Origin: an uncultured virus (IMG/VR IMGVR_UViG_3300028394_000058)
Taxonomy: Duplodnaviria > Heunggongvirae > Uroviricota > Caudoviricetes
Length of the DNA: 64,000 bases
Virus record (IMG/VR): IMGVR_UViG_3300028394_000058
Direction: 5' to 3' (one strand)
The notes below the pieces were generated by a model. That model searched no databases. It worked only from the letters and a program-made list of their open reading frames with translations, and was not told the origin of the DNA. The translations under genes were made by a program, and so were the position numbers. Positions 56,144-64,000 of this stretch are shown here, piece by piece (positions within the stretch are counted from its first letter, which is position 1; each line of letters starts with the position of its first letter).

Positions 56144-59100
56144 TTAACTACCAATAGTTCTATTTGTGCCCGCATATCCTGGCTCAACATAAGTACTGGC
56201 AAAGTAATCCTGGTTATTAATGGTTCCAGAATCGGATTTAAGAATTTGATCTGTGAATAGTGTAACTGCGTATTTGTTGTAGGTAAAAGTTTCTGTGATA
56301 TGCAAAGTTTCTATTGTATTTTGTCCGATATTTAGAGTAGTTTGTTCTGCTTTAGTAATTGTGTCTGTTTTTTGTATGGATACATTATATCTAGGATAGT
56401 CTACAGTTGTATAACTGTCTGCAAGAGTTTTATTAAATTGTGCAAACTGATCATCATCAATATTAGATACGCCATAATAATCATCAGTTGCAGTAACTGT
56501 ATCGTATATTCCGTAAGAAGTACTTAATTGAGTTGTTAAAAAATCAAAAATAAATTTTTGATCTTGAATACCTTTATTAGGCACAAATGTTATACTATCA
56601 GTATTTAAATACGCAATATTATTTGTACTGTCTATGTATTTACCTACAGCTATATATCGTTTATTATTGCTATCATCTAAAAGCGTTGTATTTAATAAAA
56701 TACGTCTATAAGTCATTACATAGTTATAACTGTCAGTAGAACTTATAATTTCTTGAGCTACAACTCCAAACTCTAAACTAAAATCATTGTCGTCTTTATA
56801 AACATATTCGTCAAAATCTATATAAGCATTGCTTGTAAATACTATATCTTCGCTAGTAGTGGTAACAGTATCACTGTCCTGAATTCGACCAATGTAAAAA
56901 CTAGCTATATTATAATTGTATAATGTATCAGTAGTAGCGTTTTTAGTAATATCTATGGTTTTTTGCTCAAAACTATTATTTACTGAACTTAATTCATAGT
57001 CGGGATATCTATTAATAAACAGACTAGTTTCGTCACTATTTACAAACAATTCTTGTTGAGGGCTATATAGTGTAAAAAGTATTGGAGTTAATTCAACGTC
57101 TTCTGCAAAACTTACTATGTTTGTTAAACCTTTGTTAACTTGTGTATATTGATCATCATCAATATTAGCTTCAGCATAATAATCATCAGTAGCAATTATA
57201 AAATCTTCAAATTGACGAACAAAATCCGTAACAGTATAGCTGTCATCTGTTTGTGTAAATAATTCACTATCAGGATATTTATTTACTAGCGCAGTTTTAA
57301 TATCTATAATACCAAGCGTGTTAATCACATATTTATTATTACTAAATTTTTGTTGATCAGTTAAAGTTTTTAGTTCATTAACTTGGCGATAAAAATTAGC
57401 AATACTAGAATAATAGTCCTGTATTAATACTTGGTCTGATTTAATTGTGCTAGAATTAATTTCTATAAGTTCGACTTCGCTAATTAATTCTGTAAATATT
57501 CTGTTAAAACTACCGCTTGTAAGACATAAATCAGCTATAGTTAAATTATTAGCTAATATTTTATTAGCACTACTATACTGATATTCAGATAAAGTTTGCA
57601 GTTCTAATATTGTTTTTAAAGCATTGTGATAACTTAAATCAGTAAAAGTAAGTACATCTGTTACAGGTTTACGCAAACTTAAACTTGCAGGATTAATAAT
57701 TAGTGCATTACTAAAGCTATTTCTATAAACTGTTTTAACAATATAAAAATCTAAATCATCTATGTTTGCTACATCAACTAATCGCTTTCTTACAGTAGCG
57801 ATTTGATCATCATCAATATTAGCTGCACCATAATAATCATCAGTACTAATAACTAAGTTATTAAATTGTCTTATATAGTTTACTACTCTGTTAAACGTAT
57901 CTGCTGCGAGAGTTTTAGAGTCAGAAACTTGTCTAATAAAAGATCGTTCTAGTGCATCTTGTGTAGTTAGTGGTTCTAATTTAACCAATCTTGATGTATT
58001 AAAAAATAGTTCACTAATTATTTTGTTTTCTGTTACATTTCGTACATAATTAACTAACCGATTAAAAGTATCTGTTTGTGTTATACTATCAATTTTAGGA
58101 ATACTTATTAATACACTAGGAATACTAGTATTAGTAATTTGTTCATTAAATTGTCTTTTAAAATTTGCTTCAGAAAAATAGGGATCCGATAAACCTAACA
58201 GTTCTTCTGATATTTTACTAGTACTTAAAACTACAGGATTTGTAGTGTTTAGTAATTCTGGAATATCTTTAAAATATTGTATATTTTTTACATCAGCTAA
58301 TGTATTTAACTCATAATAATAATTTATTATACTTATTTTAGCACTACTAGTATTTATTACACTGTCTGTTTTTATAGTAGTAAAATATTTTTCAAATCTT
58401 TCCTGCGTGGCTAAGTAATCATTTATTCGTTTATCAAAACTTACATATTCGTCATCACCAACAGTTGCTGCACCATAGTAATCATCAGTAATATCTACTA
58501 AATCATTGATTTCTCGAACATAATTTACTTGTCTAGTAAAAATATCGCCAATAATTATTGCATCTGCAAAAATATTAGTTTTTAGAATAGAAGTTTCTGA
58601 TTGAATAGCAAGAGTATTTATAGCATATTTTATAACATCTAGGTTATATGTACTATCGTTAAATATACTAGTATTTTCTAAAATTCTTCTAAATGTCATT
58701 TCTGGTATAAGTGTGTCACTGATACCAAGTATGTTCAATGTTAAAAGTTGAACATTAAATTCTGCGCTATCTGCAGGCCTTGTAGAACTATACAAGGTCT
58801 TATTAATATCTCTAGTAAAATTTTCTGTAATATTTACAGATTCAATTTTTATTAAACTAGAGTAAAATTTATTGACTTCATTAAAACTTTTAATTTCTTC
58901 TAGAGTTTTACCTACGGTAATTTCAGTTAATTCATTGTTGGCAAAATTAATAGAGCTATTTAGTATTTTATTGGTTAAAATACTAGCAGCATCAATTGCG
59001 CTATAAAAATTTTCTGGATTAATATATATTGCAAATATTGGTAGTAAGTCAACAGTTTCGCCAAAATTTAAAACATCTATAACAGTTTTATTTATATTGG

Positions 59101-60070
59101 CATATTGATCATCGTCAATATTTGCCGCGCCATAGTAATCGTCAGTAGAAATTACAGTATCAAAAAATTCTCTGAAAATATCCCAAACCCGCTCACTGGT
59201 TTCTTGTACAGTTAAAATTTCAGTAAATAACTTATATGGAGTTATTGGTGTTTCTGTGGCAATTTGAATGTAATTTTCTAAGAACTTTAATACACTATTA
59301 CTATAATCAGCATCTGTTCTTATATAAGCTAAAGTAGTTTCTGATATTACAGCACTAAATAACTTAGCTAACCTATCAGTACCATTAGTTGTATCTATTA
59401 TAGTGCTACTAAAACCTATGCTTATTTGTAAATCTGATATAGTGGTAGTTTCTTGTCCAGTAATGTCTTTAATAAACGACATTGCTGTTTCAATAAATTC
59501 ACTAATACTAATAGTATCACTGTAATTTGTATTAAGATTATATTCTACGCCTAAGTCTGCAAAACTAATTTGATCTGCTAAATTTCTGCCAAAAATCATT
59601 CTTGTGGTAAATAAGTCTGAAGTAATACTCAGATCTTCTAAACCTTTATTTGCAGAAAAAATAATGTCTAAATTATTAGTGACTAGTGGATCTGTAATAT
59701 TTCGTACATAAGCTGTTACACTACTAAAAGTATCTGTAACGGTTTTAAAATCACTGAATACTTTTTCTGTTTGTTTGTATATAGGATTTTGTAACTTTAG
59801 TTTATCTAATCCTCTGGCAAACTTACCTGGAGTTGCACTAGTAGGAGTAACATCCGCTGTAGTAGTTACTCCAGGAACAGTAGTATTTGTAGTGGTTTCT
59901 GGAGTACCGGTACTAGTAGTAATAGCGGGAGTAGCTACTTGTGTTGTTAAACTTAATTTACTATTAGGTGTGACACCGGGTATTACTCCACCACTAGTTG
60001 TTTCTGGAACTACTGTTTGTGTAGTGACAAGAGTGGGGGTAGTATTTGTAGTAGTAATTCCCAGTGCCAT
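56144..60070 (-). CDS. 1308-aa repetitive virion structural protein
   Basis: five TDDYY...DD(Q/E) motifs; Thr/Pro-rich N-terminus. Confidence 0.65.
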   Translation of the reverse strand: MALGITTTNTTPTLVTTQTVVPETTSGGVIPGVTPNSKLSLTTQVATPAITTSTGTPETTTNTTVPGVTTTADVTPTSATPGKFARGLDKLKLQNPIYKQTEKVFSDFKTVTDTFSSVTAYVRNITDPLVTNNLDIIFSANKGLEDLSITSDLFTTRMIFGRNLADQISFADLGVEYNLNTNYSDTISISEFIETAMSFIKDITGQETTTISDLQISIGFSSTIIDTTNGTDRLAKLFSAVISETTLAYIRTDADYSNSVLKFLENYIQIATETPITPYKLFTEILTVQETSERVWDIFREFFDTVISTDDYYGAANIDDDQYANINKTVIDVLNFGETVDLLPIFAIYINPENFYSAIDAASILTNKILNSSINFANNELTEITVGKTLEEIKSFNEVNKFYSSLIKIESVNITENFTRDINKTLYSSTRPADSAEFNVQLLTLNILGISDTLIPEMTFRRILENTSIFNDSTYNLDVIKYAINTLAIQSETSILKTNIFADAIIIGDIFTRQVNYVREINDLVDITDDYYGAATVGDDEYVSFDKRINDYLATQERFEKYFTTIKTDSVINTSSAKISIINYYYELNTLADVKNIQYFKDIPELLNTTNPVVLSTSKISEELLGLSDPYFSEANFKRQFNEQITNTSIPSVLISIPKIDSITQTDTFNRLVNYVRNVTENKIISELFFNTSRLVKLEPLTTQDALERSFIRQVSDSKTLAADTFNRVVNYIRQFNNLVISTDDYYGAANIDDDQIATVRKRLVDVANIDDLDFYIVKTVYRNSFSNALIINPASLSLRKPVTDVLTFTDLSYHNALKTILELQTLSEYQYSSANKILANNLTIADLCLTSGSFNRIFTELISEVELIEINSSTIKSDQVLIQDYYSSIANFYRQVNELKTLTDQQKFSNNKYVINTLGIIDIKTALVNKYPDSELFTQTDDSYTVTDFVRQFEDFIIATDDYYAEANIDDDQYTQVNKGLTNIVSFAEDVELTPILFTLYSPQQELFVNSDETSLFINRYPDYELSSVNNSFEQKTIDITKNATTDTLYNYNIASFYIGRIQDSDTVTTTSEDIVFTSNAYIDFDEYVYKDDNDFSLEFGVVAQEIISSTDSYNYVMTYRRILLNTTLLDDSNNKRYIAVGKYIDSTNNIAYLNTDSITFVPNKGIQDQKFIFDFLTTQLSTSYGIYDTVTATDDYYGVSNIDDDQFAQFNKTLADSYTTVDYPRYNVSIQKTDTITKAEQTTLNIGQNTIETLHITETFTYNKYAVTLFTDQILKSDSGTINNQDYFASTYVEPGYAGTNRTIGS

Positions 60071-60081
60071 ATTAAATCCCT

Positions 60082-60702
60082 TTATACGGTTTGATAAAGT
60101 TGATCAGCAGTATCATTTGTTGGACTAAATAATAACTCTACCATACCACGAACAGGTTTAAATGTGCGAGTAAAAACCGGATCTGTAGGTTCAGTTACAC
60201 GCAACTCAAAAAATCCATAACTAGCACTGTCTGGTAGGGGCTTTACATTCCAAGTACTGCCTAAACTACTAGGAAATTGAACATATACTTTATTAAGTTG
60301 AGTTACTTCCCAATTGCGATCTTTATCCGGAGTAATTGCACTAGTTACACCAATTCCAGATAATAATTTGTAGTATAAACCATTGTAAAGTACAACTTCT
60401 TCTTTGTTATATGCTTGAGCAGCACCCCAAGTTCCTAAAAATACTGGCAATCTAACAAATAATCTGGTAGTTGTAGCACTAGGGTCAACAACTGTTGGTT
60501 TTTCAGTTTGTCCACTTACATTTTTTGCCTCAATTACAACTGCTTCATAGATGTAGTTGCCGCTTGGTTGAACACTTGCGTTTACTATAAAATTTAGGGT
60601 AATTGGAAATTCTAATTGCTCACCATAGACCATAGACCACAAGACTGCTCCAGCATCTGTAATTAAGTCTAGGCTTGTATCAGTTAATCTTGATCGTGCC
60701 AT
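60082..60702 (-). CDS. baseplate/tail-associated protein with CBM5/12-like insert
   Basis: W.....YN...VV.YNG..Y motif; C-terminal G.VELLFSP. Confidence 0.55.
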   Translation of the reverse strand: MARSRLTDTSLDLITDAGAVLWSMVYGEQLEFPITLNFIVNASVQPSGNYIYEAVVIEAKNVSGQTEKPTVVDPSATTTRLFVRLPVFLGTWGAAQAYNKEEVVLYNGLYYKLLSGIGVTSAITPDKDRNWEVTQLNKVYVQFPSSLGSTWNVKPLPDSASYGFFELRVTEPTDPVFTRTFKPVRGMVELLFSPTNDTADQLYQTV

Positions 60703-61046
60703 GTTGTTTCCTTATGCTTAATAATGGAGAGGTCTTTTAACTTACCAATTTCAAGAGTAAGTGCAGCAATTTCTTGATGCAAACGTTGATTTTCTGTAGT
60801 TAAATTTCTAATTTGTTGATTTAACTCAATTACTTCTTCTTGCAGTTTACCTAATTCTGTACTTAATTTTGTATTTTGATCACTCATACGTTCCAGTTCT
60901 TGGTGCATCATATTAAGTATAGAATTTTCTGTTTTATCTGTTTTAAATCCAGTCAAGAATTTTTGTAATAGAAAACTAATAGTTAATAAACTGGCAAAAC
61001 CAACACCTATAACCTGTAGTAATGAGTAACTTTCTTCTGGATTCAT
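60684..61046 (-). CDS. membrane-anchored coiled-coil protein (possible holin/antiholin)
   Basis: one N-terminal TM followed by heptad repeats; AGGAG RBS. Confidence 0.5.
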   Translation of the reverse strand: MNPEESYSLLQVIGVGFASLLTISFLLQKFLTGFKTDKTENSILNMMHQELERMSDQNTKLSTELGKLQEEVIELNQQIRNLTTENQRLHQEIAALTLEIGKLKDLSIIKHKETTWHDQD

Positions 61047-61107
61047 TGATAAAAACTCCTGTAGTTACAGACACCAAAAAATTATGATAACATAGTAATT
61101 TTGTTAT

Positions 61108-61136
61108 ATTATAACACGGTGGGTTTAAAGTGTCAA
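61108..61136 (-). promoter_or_regulatory. perfect sigma70 promoter for the fibre/lysis operon
   Basis: TTGACA-17 bp-TATAAT. Confidence 0.8.
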
Positions 61137-61140
61137 TATA

Positions 61141-61177
61141 AAAAAATACCCACCCCTGTTTGTGGGCGGGTATTTTT
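61141..61177 (-). terminator. intrinsic terminator
   Basis: AAAAATACCC...GGGTATTTTT stem with a U-tract on the minus strand. Confidence 0.7.
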
Positions 61178-61181
61178 ACGT

Positions 61182-62738
61182 TTAGGCAATACTGATTGTT
61201 TTGCTTTCTACCAGCATAGTATTATTATTTACTGTTAAGGACACATCTGCTACACCGTCATAGGCTGTTGTAGCAACACTATTAGAAATACTTAATCCAG
61301 TATCATTAACTAGGTTTGAAGGAGTTAGTGTTGCGTGAAACGTACCTACATCTTGATTTATATAACTAATGCCGGTGCTTACCGTATATCCGGTACCAGA
61401 TATTGCTGTACCATCAATAGGCAATTTAGCAAATATGTAATTTCCATAAGTAGTAACCTGAGTTGTAGTCTCCTGATCTGTAGTACCTATAAGATATAAG
61501 AAATCTCCTAAACATTGTAGTCCGGTAGGTACAGTTGCTGCAGCACCACTATTAATATAAATAGCACGAATCCATAGTACACTGCCATCAGCGGCTGCAA
61601 ATTTATATAGTAGTATACAGTCTGCTGTTGTACCTGAACGACCTGGAACTGCAAGATAAACATTACCACTACTATCACTAGTAAGGCCCTGTAAATTAAC
61701 ATAACTGGATAGTGCTGTTGAGGTATTAAAATTTGCAGGAGCTATACTAGTGTTTCTAGTAGTATCTACTACTTTTTGCCAAACTATACCTCCAGTTGAG
61801 TTATATAGAGTAACTATGGCTAAATTTGTAGTTGTAGTAGGTGCTGGAGGATTTCCCTGTATAGCCATAGCTATATTACCATTAACTATAGTAGTTCTAT
61901 ATCCTACAATAGCTGTTGAGCCAGACATACGTACTTTATTACCAAATCTAATACCGCCAGTACTATTTAATCCAAGAAAGGTAATTCCTGAACTAGTCGT
62001 AACATCATATACTGTTAGATAAATATTGCCGCTACTATCAACACTAACTCCTTTTGCATAAAATTGATTTTGAGTAACAGTGTTATAGTAGGTATATCGC
62101 CATGTTTGAGTACCGCTAGTAGTAAATTTAGCTACAAAACAAGCATCAGTAACCACACTTGTAGCACTTGCCATTCTTGGTGTTCTGCCTGCAATTACAA
62201 TACTATCGTCACTAGCAGAGTATGCTATAGCTTCACCACTGTCAGTATAGCTTTGAGTACTATAAGTAATATTTATTCGCTTTATAAATCCTGTAGTACC
62301 ATCACTGTTAAATTTTCCAAAGTAGGCATCTCTGCTTGAATTAGTAGTATAACCAGCAGGTTGGCCGCTAGTAAATTGAGCTGTGCCAATCCAGTATACA
62401 TTGCCAACACTATCGACGCAACAATCTAGTACGTGTGCTTCTGTGTTAAACGCCCCCACTATTTTTTGCCATGCAATACTACCAGTGCTACTAAATTTGG
62501 TCATAGCGAATCCAAAGATACCGCTAGTACCTACGTTTTCTTGACCACCTACGTAAAAATCACCAGTTGCGGCATGTACAGCTATTCTGCTGGCAACGTT
62601 TTTATTAGTAACAGCAGTACCAAAAGTACCAATCCTGGCAAGCCAGGCACTATTAATGCCCGGATTACCAGTAAATTGATAACTTAAACCACCAAATCCA
62701 CGAATGCTCATTTTTGCCGTAGTTGCAATCATTGGCAT
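61182..62738 (-). CDS. beta-propeller-like tail/receptor-binding protein
   Basis: repeated VDSSGN.Y and KF...G...W.R blade motifs. Confidence 0.65.
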   Translation of the reverse strand: MPMIATTAKMSIRGFGGLSYQFTGNPGINSAWLARIGTFGTAVTNKNVASRIAVHAATGDFYVGGQENVGTSGIFGFAMTKFSSTGSIAWQKIVGAFNTEAHVLDCCVDSVGNVYWIGTAQFTSGQPAGYTTNSSRDAYFGKFNSDGTTGFIKRINITYSTQSYTDSGEAIAYSASDDSIVIAGRTPRMASATSVVTDACFVAKFTTSGTQTWRYTYYNTVTQNQFYAKGVSVDSSGNIYLTVYDVTTSSGITFLGLNSTGGIRFGNKVRMSGSTAIVGYRTTIVNGNIAMAIQGNPPAPTTTTNLAIVTLYNSTGGIVWQKVVDTTRNTSIAPANFNTSTALSSYVNLQGLTSDSSGNVYLAVPGRSGTTADCILLYKFAAADGSVLWIRAIYINSGAAATVPTGLQCLGDFLYLIGTTDQETTTQVTTYGNYIFAKLPIDGTAISGTGYTVSTGISYINQDVGTFHATLTPSNLVNDTGLSISNSVATTAYDGVADVSLTVNNNTMLVESKTISIA

Positions 62739-64000
62739 TATGCATACCTCGCTACACTAGCTACAGTAGTATAAACTCCTGAGTTATTTTTAAGTATTGT
62801 TAGTGAATAAATATCTATGCTACTTGCACCGCCGCTAGTAGGTGCAAGACCTCCTAACCATTTTACAGCACTTGCCGCTTGCGATACACCATCAATTTGT
62901 AGTGCGCTTTGATAATAAGCAGGAGTTCCGTTAGTTACTATGTGAATAATAGTTAGGGATCTATTATTTACATTTAGCAAGGTTCCCACACTTGTTATGT
63001 TTAGGGTCCAGTTTGCTGTTGGATTTGCAGTTGTATACAGTATAGGAGAAGTAGCGGCGTCTAATACTACTGTTCCACTTGGTGAAGTTCCGTTAATAAC
63101 AATTACTTCTGTTGGAGAAACAAATAGCGATTTATTAAAAGTTTGTAAGGCTGTCCAAGTATATGAAAGGCTATTATCTAATGCGGTAGAACTCAGTACT
63201 CCGCCAGTATAACTTAGTGGACCACTAAGTGTAACGCTGGTAAACCCACCAGCACCATTACCAGCAAGAAGGCCACTACCGCTAGTTGGAGAAGCATAAT
63301 CAGTTCCAGCAGTAGCTGAAATAATTGCACCAGATGTATTACCTTTTAATAACGAAGCACCAAGAGATGATCTACCAGTACCACCATTAGCTACGTTTAA
63401 TATACCAGTAACACCAGTACCTCCTAACGGTAATCCTGTGCAATTTGTTAATACACCAAAACTAGGTGTTCCAATATTAGGCGTAATTAATGCAGGACTG
63501 GTTTGTAAAACTACGTTGCCCGTACCTGTTGGAGTATTACCGTTTCCTGTACCGCCTTGACCTGCCGGAAGTGTTCCAGTAGTCATAGTCTGTAAGTTTA
63601 CTTTACCGTATGCCGGAGCCGTATTAGCTCCTGCCGATATTAATACGTTACCTGCAGTTACAGCAGCTAATTTACTTAGGGCAATATTGCTGCTTGCGTA
63701 TAATATATCACCAATTACATAGGCACTTGCACCACCTTGACCAGTGCCACCTTGTCTAGCAGGCACTATATACGTACTTACTAAACCACCGGCATTACCT
63801 GTAGTGTCTTGATTTAGTGTAGGCACATCTGCAATAGCAATATTAGACATAACCATATTGGTGCCGTCAGATTTAAAAAATCTAGAATCACCATATAGTC
63901 CGGCACGTACATTTGAAGCATTATTAGAAGCTAAAAAATTAATAGCATTTTGTCTAGTTTGTTGTCCTGTACCGCCTAAACCAATCCCTAAAGTAGTAGT
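62738..64000 (-). CDS. tail fibre protein (5' end lies beyond the window)
   Basis: frame open to the window edge; repeated L....GGTG motifs, GDILYA, C-terminal W.GG.AP...DIYS. Confidence 0.75.
   Translation of the reverse strand, partial: TTTLGIGLGGTGQQTRQNAINFLASNNASNVRAGLYGDSRFFKSDGTNMVMSNIAIADVPTLNQDTTGNAGGLVSTYIVPARQGGTGQGGASAYVIGDILYASSNIALSKLAAVTAGNVLISAGANTAPAYGKVNLQTMTTGTLPAGQGGTGNGNTPTGTGNVVLQTSPALITPNIGTPSFGVLTNCTGLPLGGTGVTGILNVANGGTGRSSLGASLLKGNTSGAIISATAGTDYASPTSGSGLLAGNGAGGFTSVTLSGPLSYTGGVLSSTALDNSLSYTWTALQTFNKSLFVSPTEVIVINGTSPSGTVVLDAATSPILYTTANPTANWTLNITSVGTLLNVNNRSLTIIHIVTNGTPAYYQSALQIDGVSQAASAVKWLGGLAPTSGGASSIDIYSLTILKNNSGVYTTVASVARYA

Noticed and set aside
1..64000. Stop-codon reassignment or prophage/integration features
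   Set aside because: Core genes are intact in the standard code, no suppressor tRNA was found, and no integrase, repressor or host flanks are visible

Overview
The window is a 64-kb segment of a lytic, T5-related tailed dsDNA phage genome (Demerecviridae-like gene order); homology calls come from motif recognition and recalled T5 gene order, not from database searches. From left to right: (1) a pre-early-like region (1-4.1 kb) with three A2/D3-type HTH paralogs, a palindrome/repeat block containing ORF-less consensus promoters, a 41-aa peptide ending in an SSB-like DIPF tail, a ~620-nt promoter-to-terminator structured non-coding unit, and a D2 homolog; (2) leftward small early genes ending in thyX and a SleB-like hydrolase; (3) an accessory/tRNA region (11.3-24 kb) with 9 tRNAs, a circularly permuted two-piece tmRNA (tag ANDEVFALAA) next to a ClpP-like gene, UV endonuclease, Hsp20, rubredoxin, glycosyl-/methyltransferases and a four-gene coiled-coil/collagen fibre-like module; (4) a T5-syntenic replication block (D3, PC4-like, split NAD ligase, D5, D6, primase, family A polymerase, D10-D15, dUTPase) followed by a class II RNR; (5) on the minus strand, phoH, a lysis cassette and tail fibre/adhesin genes, the last truncated by the window end. 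The best candidates for new biology are the large ncRNA, a holin-like/endolysin pair joined by a C-CCA-AAG -1 slippery site, the permuted tmRNA, the fibre module and the SSB-tail mimic peptide.
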